Origin: Paraphysomonas bandaiensis
Taxonomy: Eukaryota > Protista > Chrysophyceae
Direction of reading: 5' to 3'
Assembly (NCBI GenBank): GCA_965644295.1
Contig: CBFFRP010000272.1
Location: 28,929 to 92,928 of the forward strand
Length of the DNA stretch: 64,000 nucleotides
Positions within the stretch are counted from its first letter, which is position 1. Each line of letters begins with the position of its first letter. Both the position numbers and the translations under genes were made by a program. The notes beneath the pieces were generated by a model that worked only from the letters and a program-made list of their open reading frames with translations, was not told the DNA's origin and did no database searches. Below, piece by piece: positions 36,801 through 49,599 of this stretch.

Positions 36801-37976
36801 TGCATTCGACTCTGAAGAGCAGGAATTAGTTGACAATTTTCCCTATCGTCCATTAATAGGAGCGTTACTTTATTTATCTATGAATACAAGGCCGGATATC
36901 TCATATGCAGTGGGAGTATTCATTATAGAGGGAGAGATTTTGATCTTCATATGTTCACTGATGCTGACTGGGCAGGCGACCCGTTGACGAGGAGATCAAC
37001 TTCAGGTTATATGTTATGTTTGGAGCTGGTGGACCACTATCGTGGGGTTCCAAACTTCAGTCTACTGTAGCTACATCGACTATGCAAGCAGAGTATCAAT
37101 GCTTATATAATGGATTACTGGAAATGATATGGTCTCGGGGGGTGACTGGTGAAGTAGGATTGAAAATTGACGAGCCCACACCATTATTCCTGGATAGTCA
37201 AAGTGCTCAGGATATATCGGAAAATCCAGTGCGACATCAACGATCGAAACATATTGAGATTAAGTATCATATGATTAGAGAGCATGTGGATCCCGAACAG
37301 TTTAATACAGCGAAATTAATTCATGTGAGCAGTCGACAACAGATGGCTGATATATATACCAAGGCTTTGAGTGGTCCAATATTCATTGAACAGAGGGAGC
37401 GAAATCTTGGGGGAAAATTTAAGACTACTGCACAAATTATCGCAGAGGTACCCAAGGTAAAGAGAGTTCGTCGTAACTAGATAGAGGTGAATGAATGGTG
37501 GGAGCTAGCTATACCAGCGGAGTCATACGTCCACCAGTGTCCTATGAGGTTCGGTGGTTGCGTATCCGATAGCAATGTTCTTCACAAATTTTAGAATGGT
37601 TAACTACATCCAATTGAGTGGGAGTGTTGAGTTCTGCAATATGATGTGATATATATTGTGCAATTGAAGTGAGTTAACAGTGTGCAATTATAGGTAAAGT
37701 CAACTCATAGGTGTAACGGGTGATTATAGTAGTTACAAAGGAATTAAATTCAGTTACTGATGTGTGACTATACAAGATATAGAACTGACTGATGAACATA
37801 TGATAAACAGATGTTGCTATAAGAACAGATGTTTCAACATATGTTACACGAATATGTAGTGAAGTGTTCAGAATAATAATCATAATTTCTTACTTGAAAG
37901 TGCATTGTGTTCAACAGTAAGGTTACGGTTTACGCGTAGAGCAAAGTTAACTTCAGTGAAATGTCCATTGTTAACA
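33860..37976 (+). mobile_element. Non-autonomous (decayed) Ty1/Copia LTR retrotransposon
   Basis: Identical 352-bp TG...CA LTRs (33860-34211, 37625-37976). TSD CGCCA. PBS TGGTAGCGAG at 34212 and PPT GAGTGGGAG. Fragmented protease (YLDSCA), integrase SH3 (WGCKAYV), RT (HQLDVSNAFL) and RNase H (STMQAEY, SKHIEIKYH) with many stops, frameshifts and deletions. Confidence 0.93.
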
Positions 37977-38452
37977 CGCCACAAGTTGGTATACCCTTAG
38001 AAAGTGTACAACTTCAGCTTCCATCAATGACTAAGGTGGTTGTAAAATTAATTGAGTTTTCCTAACAAGGTTCTTTGCTTAATTGCTGCATCCAAATTAC
38101 ATCTAACAATAATCCATATGTTATTTGTCACATACATATTCGTATATCATCGACGAAGCTATTTTACGTATTGCCTGTTGACACGCCGTCATACCAAGTG
38201 AGCTCAGAGCATATCAATTTCTAATAGAAGACATTCACTACGTGAACTATTACACGCATAATCTATCCCATGATAAAGTCGTGTTATGTTCCCCATATTT
38301 TAGATTATGAGTAGAATTCCATTTTACTCTCACTCGATATCCATACCCAACACAGCATACAGCAGTCACTATTTGCCAATATTTATTCACAGAAACGCTA
38401 ACAAGGTCACTGAAAACTATGAACATTCACAAGCATACTATAACAGAGTTGA

Positions 38453-40390
38453 TCAGTAATATAAAAGAATTTCTTTTTTCATCTGCATGAAGGAAAATAT
38501 CAAAACGCAAAAACACTTCGTTTATAATTTCACTTACATTAGATCTGATGTCTTCACTCACTAGTAGCGGCATCTTCTCAATCTCCATGATAAGGCCGCC
38601 ATTTCCTTCTCCACTCCTGGAAATTTCTCTGCTGGGATCCCGAAATTCAGCAAGAAAGGGATGCTCCAGAGCTTCGTCCACAGTGATCCTCTTGCTGGGA
38701 TTAAATTGAAGCATAGAGGTCAGTAAGTCGATAGCTTCCCGAGGCGCACCTTTGTACAACTGAGACAAGTCCTGCAAATACGACAATATTGTAAGAACTG
38801 TCTAATATATATTTATTTATCCTATTCATACCTCTGCTCGGCGTCTTGGGAGTCCGCGTAGAAATGCCTCGGTCTTGGGGTGACCGATCTCTGCGATATC
38901 TTCTTCACTAGGAGTGCCGATCACATCCAAGATAGTGTTGAGCTGATCATAGCGGTCGCTTGGCGTCTCTCGCATCTTACCAATAGTTGCGGACGATGAC
39001 CCATCGTTACTGTTCTTACTGAGAGAAGGGCACGAGTTTCCTGGGAATAGTGGTGCCCTATTCTGGTAATCGGGAACGCTCTCGGCTTGCATCCCCAGTA
39101 TTTCTGCCAGCACACATCCCACTGACCACATATCTACTGCCTTCGAGTAATCACGTAAAAGAATTAGCTCTGGTGCACGATACCAACGTGTGACCACGTG
39201 GTGTGTGAGCTGTCGGGAGACAGGTGTGGGCATCTCATAAGCCTCCGATGTGCCTCCCTCACCCGGCAGCACGGATCGCTCCGGGCTGAAGTCTCTTTCC
39301 CTCTTGCTACTACTGCTCCCAAACAAAGCCTCTATGGCAGTCTCACGTTCAACTTCTACAGCTGACGGCCTATTGAGGGGTTCCAGATCACTCGACGCTG
39401 GACTAATTACACGGGAGAGACCAAAGTCGCAGATCTTGAGGGTGCAATCCTCATAAAGTAAGATATTGGCCGGCTTCAAATCTAAATACAATTTGAGTAC
39501 ATAATGAAGGATCGGCGTATCGCTATTACCTCGATGAATAACATTGGCAGAATGGAGATACTTTAATCCCAAAAGTATCTGGTAGAGGAAAGTCTGGATG
39601 TGCGCGACGGAGAGGTACTGTGCGGACATAAGGAGCTTGTGGAGATCGGTATCCACATATTCGAAGACCAGGTACAGATCATCCAAGGATGTATCCGGTT
39701 CGTGCGCACGCGTTCGTGTCCGTTTACGAGCTGTCGAATTGGGAGTATCTAGTCGAGACAATATTTTATCCGGGGGCGGTGAATAGGAAAGAGACGACGG
39801 ATCCAAACGCGGAGCCCTCACATCGATCAGACGGATGATATTTGGGTGTTTCATATGCCTGAATAAAATCATAATATATGAAATTAAAAGTTTTCGGATA
39901 TTTCGTACCTTAAAATAAACATTTCTCGATAAATTCTCTTCGCATCAGTCGAACTATCAAAAACATTCCGTATTCGTTTAACCGCAACCATCGTGTTTGT
40001 ACTGCATAATAGCATTTATAAAATTAAAGATTACTCTGTATGTTACCGTTGATCTATTGCTTGTGCAACTTCACCATAAGAGCCGCGTCCAATAATCCTC
40101 TCGATATGATAGTGATCATCAATTTCCCAACCACTGAACTGAGAGTGTAGTCCAGGCGGTGGAGGACTGAATACAACAGCATCACTCTCTGGTCGATCTG
40201 CTGGTGTTGGAAGATCCCCAAAACTCATTGTATTATTATAAATATCAGTTGAAAAATTAATAGGGGTTGCCATGCCACTGATATCACCCGGGCCTGTACA
40301 CCCCGCCCCTGATAATACATCATCCCCATCAGCTGAGTGTGTTATCTCCATAGACGATAGATTATCACCAATACAATGGTTTGAATTCAT
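38453..40390 (-). CDS. Mitogen-activated protein kinase, atypical TxH activation loop (multi-exon)
   Basis: IGRGSYGEV, HR|DLKPANIL split by an intron, KICDFGLSR, LTHHVVTRWYRAPE, DMWSVGC, RITVDEALEHPF. Confidence 0.92.
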
Positions 40391-40948
40391 AAAGTTCTAA
40401 TTAATCAATTCAATAGATATGATGCAGATATAGTGGGGGGAGATACTGACATCTTCCTGATCTCGAACCAAAATATCTTTATAGACATGAGTACGTTACT
40501 CCCCACCACTCCACGTTCAGCATCCGTACATACGTCAATATATCCGGGATTTTATGTGGTGGGGATTGCAGATACTCCATATCTGTATATGACCAACGTA
40601 TATATGGATATACGAGATGTGTGTTGTGGACTGGTGTGTATGGATGGTATGTATGTATTTGCAGTGGAGGCCTCAAAACCACAAGAAATACTTCATCATC
40701 TACTCCACTCGACATCATCATCAGCAGTTCATACATCTATATATACCCATATCATACTACGTATAGTAGCATCATTGTACAGTATATGTATATGTATATG
40801 TATACTGCAGTGTGTATGCATGTATATGGTATAGGCGGGTGTGTTGGGTGTTGTGGCTGGCGTCTGTCTTGTGATGGAGAACCACGCAAAGAATTATCTC
40901 AAGGAACTAAACACTGATATCTGTGTGCGTGTATAGTAAACCTATAGC

Positions 40949-43900
40949 ATGATACGTGTAGAGCGCACGAATAAGTTCTCTGTATTCAGTGTGAGCGGAG
41001 GCGATCAGCAGCCTGTAAAGAAACCCGCTGCCAAACCCTCTAAAACAAACACACAGAGTGGTTCTGATAAAACAAACAAGGCTTCTAAGGCATCTTCTAC
41101 TCCAGCACCTAAGGTAATGCATGTGTATGATGTGATTATGGGGATGATAGTGTGTTACAGTCATTTGCAAGAAGAGATCATCTCCGTGAGATTGAGATCA
41201 GAGTACAGGAGCAATGGGAGAGATCTAAGATATTCGAGACCGAGAAGAAGGTCGATGCTTCGGGCAATCCACTCCCTAAGTACTTAGTGACTTTTCCCTA
41301 CCCCTATATGAATGGTCGCCTTCATCTCGGCCATGCTTTCAGTTTGACCAAAGCGGAGTTTACTGCAAGATTCCAGAGGTTGCGCGGTAAAAATGTCTTG
41401 TTTCCATTTGGCTTCCATTGCACAGGAATGCCTATCCAGGCTGCTGCGAATAAGTTGCGTATGGAGATCGAGGCGTTTGGCAACCCCCCTGTTTTTCCCC
41501 AGGAGGAAGAACCTGAGCAACAGGAAGATAAAAAGTCTGCCGAATCTGTTGTTAGCGCCAAAGGCAAAGGCAAGAAAACAAAACTTGCGGTAAAGGGTCA
41601 TACAAAGGCACTCCGTCAGTGGGAAATCATGCGTATGATGGTGCCCGAAGAGGAGATTCATCAGTTTGCGGATCCGCTAAAGTGGCTGCAGTACTTCCCA
41701 CCCTACGGCATGTCTGATCTCAGGGCTTTCGGCTCGTGCATTGACTGGCGTAGATCCTTTATCACAACATCTGTGAATCCGTACTACGATGCATTCATTC
41801 GGTGGCAATTTAACCGACTTCGTGAAGGCGGAAAGATTCGCTTTGGTAAGCGACCCAATGTCTTTTCTATGCTGGACGGACAGGTGTGTGCAGACCACGA
41901 CCGCGCCAGTGGAGAAGGTGTTGGACCTCAAGAATACACTATTATCAAGCTCCGTGTGCTTGAAATTCCAGAGTCTAATCCTCTAGCCTGCGCTCAGCTT
42001 GCGGATAAGCGAGATCGCATTTTCCTCGCTCCGGCCACCCTGCGCCCGGAAACCATGTATGGCCAAACCAACTGCTTCGTACTGCCTGAAGGCGATTATG
42101 GGGCATATGAACTCACCAATGGGGACATTATTGTTGTGTCGGAGCGTGCAGCACGAGGAATGGCATGCCAGGATCTTCTGAAGGCACCCTGGGGACAGTT
42201 CCCCTGCCTTGCCTCTTGTAAAGGCAAGGATCTCATAGGACTGCCTCTTTCCGCTCCCAACGCTACATACGACCGTGTCTACACCCTCCCACTGCTGACG
42301 ATATCTATGAGCAAGGGGACCGGGGTTGTGACATCCGTCCCTTCTGATGCCCCAGATGACTTTGTAGCATTGCGCGAGTTGCAGGAAAAGCCATTATATC
42401 GCGAGAAGTTCGGTCTAACTGCCGAGATGGTTGAACCCTTCTCTGTTGTGCCTATTATTGGTGAGCCATAATGTGCCCTATTCTCATTGACTAAATTTTT
42501 GTCGTGTTTAGAGATCGAGGGGTACGGAGAAGCTTCAGCCGTCACGATGTGTGAACGACTGAGTATCAAATCTACAAAGGATACCGAGAAGCTTCGGGCC
42601 GCTAAAGACGAGGTGTATTTGAAAGGCTTTTACGAGGGTGTGATGCTTGTGGGCGAGTGTAAGGGTATGAAGGTGAGTAGTCGCCCTTACTGAAAAGTCA
42701 ACTAACACTCTTCTCCGTCAAGGTTTGTGATGCAAAACCGATTGTACGTCAATCTCTCATCGATGCGGGGCATGCGTTTGGGTACTATGAACCTGAGAGC
42801 AAGGTCATGAGTAGATCTGGAGATGAGTGCATTGTGGCTCTCACCGACCAGTGGTATCTGGCATATGGAGAGGAAGAGTGGCAAAAAACAATTTCTGACC
42901 ACATTCACAGTGAAAATTTCACTGGATATAATGACAAGATTATGGAGAAATTTGATTTTGTTGTCGGATGGCTTAAAGAGTGGGCATGTTGCCGACAGTT
43001 CGGACTAGGTACGCAGCTTCCCTGGGACGAACAGTTTGTCATCGAATCTCTTTCTGATTCTACGATATACATGGCGTTCTACACTATTGCTCATCTACTT
43101 CAGGGAGGTGATACCCAGAGTTCGCTTGTTGGGCCAGGAGACATTGACCCAAAATGCCTAAGCGATGCTGTGTTCGACTGTATATTCCTTGGGAAGGAAT
43201 ACCCTGCGGACTGCGGTATTCCGAAGGAGAAGGTTATGGCGATGAGAAATGAGTTTGAGTATTGGTATCCTATGGATTTACGCGTGTCAGCCAAGGATCT
43301 AATACCGAATCATCTGACAATGTGCCTCTACAATCACGTTGAGATATGGAAGGATCGACCTGAGCTTTGGCCCAGGGGTATTTACTGCAACGGACACATC
43401 ATGGTGGATGCGGAGAAAATGAGCAAAGGAAAAGGGAATTTCCTAATGCTTCTTCAGAGTGTAGAAGAGTTTTCTGCAGATGCAACGCGTTTTGCCCTGG
43501 CCGCTGCAGGAGACTCTATGGAAGACGCTAACTTTGATCGCTCTGTCGCCAATCAGGCTATTATTGACCTTTACAATGAGGAGGAATGGATCAAAAGCGT
43601 GTCTGTCGACCATTCTGCAGGAAAGCTACGTAAAGGAGAAATGTTGTTCATGGATACTGCATTCATGAACGAAATAGACTTCCTCGTCGAAGTGACTGGG
43701 GATAAGTTCGAACAGATGTGTTACAGAGACGGCGTTCTCAAGGGGTGGTACGAGGCGATGATTGCCAGGGATCTGTACCGTGATTGGGCGAATAAATGCG
43801 GTATGGAAATGCACGAGGATGTCATTATGAGGTTTGTCAAGGCAGTCGTTATAATGATGGCCCCTATTTGCCCCCATTGGTGCGAGAACTTGTGGTCTAG

Positions 43901-44509
43901 CATCCTTAAAGAATCTGGCTCTGTTTGCGATGCATCATGGCCCTCATTTACTCCTTACGATCCCCTCACCAGGAAACGCTATACTTTTTTTAAGGACTTC
44001 TTGAAAAATGCCCGCCAGGCGACGCTTAAGCTCAAAACTCCTGTGCGCAAAGCCACCGTATTCTTGGCCTCTACTTTTGAGACCAACAAAATTGCTGTTC
44101 TGCAGTTCTTGCAAAGCCAATGCGACAAGAATGGGCGCTTTGGTGCTGACGTATTGGCGAATATGAAAAAGTTCTTGGCATCCAGAGAGGACTTGAAGAA
44201 AGATACTAAGAATTTAATGCAGTTTGGTGCATTTATGAAGCAAGAAGCTGAGTTATGTGGAACTGATGCCCTTGCAACGGAGCTTACTTTTGATCAGAAG
44301 GCAATGCTGGAGGTAATAGTCCCATATATATGTCCGTTGTAAATAATGTACAATATCAGGAAAATGAGGTTTATATTAAAAACTCTCTGGATTTTGATGA
44401 GGTTAGTTTTTACTACATCCACGAGAAGGACACACTTCCAGCTGGAGCGGACAAGAAGAAACTTGATGCATCGATTCCTGGAAAGCCTACTTTCCATTTT
44501 GCAAAATAA
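40949..44509 (+). CDS. LARS: Leucyl-tRNA synthetase, cytosolic type (multi-exon; start approximate)
   Basis: FPYPYMNGRLHLGH (HIGH motif), CP1 editing ATLRPET and GTGVVTSVPSDAPDD, KMSKG. Introns near 41114-41160, 42461-42511, 42673-42722 and 44313-44359. Confidence 0.95.
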
Positions 44510-44821
44510 GTATTAGTGATATTTGTAGACGCAGCATCAAAGAGTTTGGTGTTGGCGTTTGTCTTGTATTGTTGATACTCTTAGTAAATTAATTGGGTAG
44601 CTGGAATACTTACATATTCTTACTTAGTGAGTGTTATCCAATTTTTTTTGTAGGGGAAACGACATGCGAGCTTTATGCTATTTACACTTAGAGTAAATCT
44701 TGCGTCGAAGAAAACACAGCACTCAGTTCATTAAAATTGTGATAATATTTCTCATCGTTGATCGCCACTTTCTAAGATGATTAACTGCACTTTAGACAAT
44801 CATTTTTTATAATTTACCATC

Positions 44822-45053
44822 CAGGAAACAATATATTGAAATACTATAGTTAGATAGTGTTCTATCAATACTATTGATGGAGATTTTAGGCAGGCTCAAC
44901 AATACAATTACATAATATATTGTTTTATATAATATTGATTGCAATATATTGTGAGCCACTTTAACAGAAACAATATTGATGGAAATTTTGGCCGGTCCAC
45001 CAATCAACATATTGTACAATGTATTGCAATTCAATATATTGTTTCCTAGCCCC
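44822..45053. mobile_element. Non-autonomous DNA element (MITE, hAT-like terminus GGGCTAGGAAACAATATATTG)
   Basis: Inverted AGGAAACAATATATTGAA at both ends. The same family occurs at ~58110-58145, 60387-60465 and 60657-60900. Confidence 0.65.
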
Positions 45054-45237
45054 TTAAATACAGTTATCATATATAATACATTATACTAGGTGCTATGTAG
45101 TATGTTCGTACTAGTGCTATCATTGCGTCAAGCTGTCCATCTATTATTTCGAATTCGAAACGGTACGAATAACGAATACATTTCACCAGGTAAGCTGGTA
45201 CTAAGCACAGGAATCTATATTTACATCAGAGTGGTTA

Positions 45238-46515
45238 TTATCGCTTAAATTTTTTCACAACATCCACAAAGTGCTGCACATTTTCTTCTGGAGTATTCAT
45301 ATATATCCCGTGCCCTAAATTCATAATATGATTTCGCCCCCCACCTTCCTTAAGTATAGCTTCCGTACGAGTTGTTATCAAATCCTTTGGACCTATCAGT
45401 ACATGGGGGTCGAGATTACCCTGTATCACTATATCGGGATTGTTTATTCGTCGCCTTGCATCTGTTATTGTGGTGGTCCAGTCCAATGAGATGCAATCTG
45501 CTCCACTCGATGCCATTTTCTCAATTAGTGCTCCCGACTTTGCCACGTATAATATAATAGGGACCTCAGGATGAGCCTTCTTTATCCTAGATATTACACG
45601 CTGCTGATATGGAAGTGCAAATTCCTCATAGTCCTCCGGGGATAGAGTACCTGCCCAGGAGTCAAAAACCTGTATAACTTGGGCACCATTCTCTATCTGG
45701 TACTGTGCGTAATTCGCGATATTCTCCTCGATATTTCGCAGCATTGTGTGCAAAACGTCAGGGGAATTGTACATCATTCCCTTGGTAACGGTGAAGTCAC
45801 TGGAGCTTCCCCCTTCAGCCATATATGAAGCGAGGGTGAACGGCAAGCCCACAAATCCAAGAACAGTTGTCTCGTCCTTGACCTCCCGACGGAGATTTCG
45901 AAGGGTTTCACCCACAAAAGGGGTAGATTTATGTGGATCTAGTGTCTTCATTTGATTTACTTGCGCGCGAGTCGTCCAATCACCGAGCTTAGGCCCTTCA
46001 TCCTTGATGTTGAAAGAAACACCCATGCCAGGTAAAGGAGTGAGGATATCAGAGAAGAGAATGCAGCCGTCAGTTTTATACTGTCTCCAAGGCTGCAAAC
46101 TATACAAAACTCTAACCAAAAATAACGTATAAAAAAGGATCATGTGTACCTTATTTCAGTGGCTATTTCAGCATTCTCACTTCGCTTTCGAAATGTGTCA
46201 TACTTCTTACACAAGTCACGATACTCCTGCATAACACCCATGACACACATACATACATACACACACATACACACACTTATCTATAATAACACACACATCA
46301 TTACCTTCATGTGTCGTCCAGCCTGACGCATCATCCATACTGGAGTACGTTCAACTTCCTGTAATTGCGATTAGATTTGAGAGAGTGATGTGTGTGTGTC
46401 TGACCTCTCCTCGAGCTGTACGCAGAAGCAGAGGAGACCTCTTCATCCCTGTGGATGAGGTGTGCCCATCAACATTGACCCAAAGCACCAATAAAACTGC
46501 TACGTAGAGTTTCAT
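45238..46515 (-). CDS. hemE: Uroporphyrinogen decarboxylase, plastid/cyanobacterial type, with N-terminal signal peptide (multi-exon)
   Basis: PLLLRTARGE|EVERTPVWMMRQAGRH, ILFSDIL, GFVGLPFTLASY, QVFDSW, QGNLDP, NLGHG. Confidence 0.95.
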
Positions 46516-46639
46516 ACTACCTGTGGTGCATTAGGTCCAGATAAACTAACATACGAGATGACATGAGTGCAATACTCTACCTACATAACACCCACCACAT
46601 ACTCCATATACACACCTACCAAAATACGCGCATATACTG

Positions 46640-46830
46640 TACCTATACCTTTCGTACCTACCTACTGCTGTACATACAGCAGCTGGGACATGCATACCTT
46701 CGTACCTACCTATACAGCAGCTGGGACATGCATACCTTCGTACCTACCTACTGCTGTACATACAGCAGCAGGGACAGCCATGCATACCTTCGTACCTGCC
46801 TACTGTACATATGTACTGCGTACCTACCTA
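46640..46830. repeat. Imperfect minisatellite (~37-49-bp unit, CATGCATACCTTCGTACCTACCTACTGCTGTACATACAGCAG..., ~4 copies)
   Basis: TACCTTCGTACCT core repeated four times between the divergent hemE and Bdp1-like genes. Confidence 0.8.
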
Positions 46831-47060
46831 TCTTCCTACGTACCGCGGTACAGCCAATGAATGTGTGGGCTTGCATATATACCTATATATATATATGAAT
46901 CCGACACATATGAAGATGCTCTCTACCACTCCAATCTAAAGTAAACTACATCAAGCTGGTGGGATATATAGTTAGTTCTTGATATCTGTTGATGCTGTAG
47001 GGAGCATATTCACTTGTAGTATTGGAATCATTGTATTGAGATATACGTGAAGGAGGAATC

Positions 47061-48302
47061 ATGAAAGAATCTCAGAGTGCTGTCGGTACAAAGGATCGTG
47101 GGGTTAAAATTAAGGTATATTAAGAATAGATGGTGTCTCATTGCTCTTATGATTGTTCGTAGATTGGAATCCAGAGTTCCAGTGTATCTCAATCAGGAGC
47201 GCATGGTGGAACTGCAGATAAAAATTCAGATTCAGTTCCACCCATTATTACTGTGGATTCAGAATTTTCAGAGGCGTCAATATTTGATCTATGTAATGTC
47301 ACTGAGGGTAGACGGGGGAAGAAGCGCATGGAACCATCAGATGACGACAGCGTAACACCCCCATCCGCATCCCGTAGTGGTAAATCGAACACGAACACGA
47401 AAGTCCCACGCAGCTCCAAGAGAGATGATACAGCCACTTCCACTCAGGCGTAAGATGTCATTATTATCTTTACGTTATTGTCACTGACGTCAATGCTTGT
47501 ACAGTTCAGGGCCACAAGTTGAGATCGTAAATGGTAAGATTGTTTTGAAGGAGAGTTCACTGGTGAGTAGTATATACATCGATGTGTTGTACGTTACCAT
47601 ATTCACTTTCCTACGACTGCAACAGAATGCACCGTCGCTGAGTTCGACCACCCATGACGACTTCGAAGAGGTTGAGGAAGGTATTCACCCGACTGCAAAG
47701 TATTCGTCCTTCGTTCCCTCTCGGCACTCGGCCATCTGGGGTATAGAGGAGACGAAGCGATTCTACGAGGTAAGTGAGTGTGTGTGTTTTTTTGGAGGGC
47801 GACTCATTCTACTCAACAATAGGCTCTACGGCAGTGTGGTACAGACTTTTCTTTAATGCAAGTATTTTTTCCACGTAGAACTAGGAAACAGCTAAAGAAC
47901 AAGTTCTCCAGGTATAAAGTGACTTCGTATCTATGTATTTTGAGAATGAATTTCATTCAGAGAGGAGAGACATCATCCCGAGCTTATAAAAGCAACTCTC
48001 ACATTGCAACAGCCACTAGGTACGATTTTTTTTGAATAAGTAGCACTAGCCAACCTTCACACTATACAATCAGATGTCTCTCCGTTTGAAGTGCACCTTG
48101 GTAAGATAGAAGTAACAGATTCAAAGGATATTGCCGATAGGACAGATCCTGTCGAAACTCCGCTACCTCCACCCAAACAGAATAATGAAGGTTTGCACCC
48201 GATTATGTGTCAAATTTATAACTGATGGATGCTGCCGCAGATAACGAAGTGCTCTACGATAATGGCACAAATGATGATGATGAAACGATATATGAAGTTT
48301 AA
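47061..48302 (+). CDS. Bdp1-like (TFIIIB B'' subunit) SANT/Myb domain protein (multi-exon)
   Basis: GPQVEIVNGKIVLKESSL, then WGIEETKRFYE|ALRQCGTDFSLMQVFFPRRTRKQLKNKFS|REERHHPELI assembled across short introns. Confidence 0.8.
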
Positions 48303-49599
48303 TTCGAGGAAAAAACGTGTGTAATAATTGTGCATAATATTTTTTGTGATCGGGTTATGTATACACACCACATTACTCAGTGATTCGCGTCGTCTAATAG
48401 ATATAACATTATTATTTTTATGGAGAAACACAACCCTTTTTGCACATTCACATGTTTTTATAGAATGTGCTTGTCTGGTACTGAATTTTTGACTGTTATT
48501 GTATCCATATACGTTTTACTCATTGATTTCGAATATCATGAGGAACGATGAGCATATACTTCTGCAATGATAGTAAGTGGAACAAGTGTTTAGGACTCCA
48601 GTTGAAGTAAGACATGATACTAACACGGCGTTGATATGAAATTATATATTTATTGAAATGTGAGACAACGTCATTATCAACGATTTTTAAGTAGTAAGAT
48701 GACTAAACCTACTAAACACAGTATATAATTCATTAAAATTATAATAAATATTTGTCACCATTCATCGCAACCTTTTAATAATAATGATTAACTGCACCTT
48801 AAATTACAGTCTGAAATAGTGATATTAAGTTACAGTAGAAATTAAGAGTGACAGGACTCCATTCAAGAATATCAGCACAAGTTCAAAGAGCACTATCACT
48901 CCCTCATAACACGAGTCCATAATTCCTCCTCATGAGCAGAGACATCGTCAGAACTCTTCAGGTTCGATTTCACATTCATTTCTTGTGTACCTCAGTACCG
49001 CCGTGACTCATTGCGTATGCTCCTGATAGCCCCCGTCGATATCACCTACATGAGTTTTATGAGTTTTCATTGTCTACATTCATTAGTCATATTAACCATA
49101 TCAGCAAAATGTACAGACTTGCAAGCAGCAATAACTGCCAGCTGTCTCATTAGATATGCATGTCTAGATATGCCAGTATGCAGCATATCTTCCAACGTCT
49201 CCAGTATACTTACCGTATTCCAGTGTATCCGCCAACCCGATGAGTCAACGTACATGCAGTTCTTTAATGAAAATAAATTCTGCAAGTACGGTGTATGTAT
49301 ACAGGCAATAATACACTGTAGGGCAATTCAATTTTTGATACAAAAACTTAACTGTCATACTGTTGACTGTATGTACGTGTATATGTATGTATGGACTGCT
49401 GGTGTATTGTGTATCACCCGTACATACCGTACAGCATTTAGCAGTTGAGTTGAGACCAAGGGGGGGGGCCTCTAGCTCACACACTTAATATTCAGAGTCT
49501 CCTGGTGCTACTAACAGAACTATCAGTAGAAAATATAACGAAATATTATATTCCTGTATATTGTAACTGTAATAGTGTTATCCTGTAAGCCTGTAGAGC

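Noticed and set aside
43415-43445. LeuRS KMSKG instead of KMSKS
   Set aside because: A single substitution at the last motif position with the catalytic Lys intact; no evidence of altered function.
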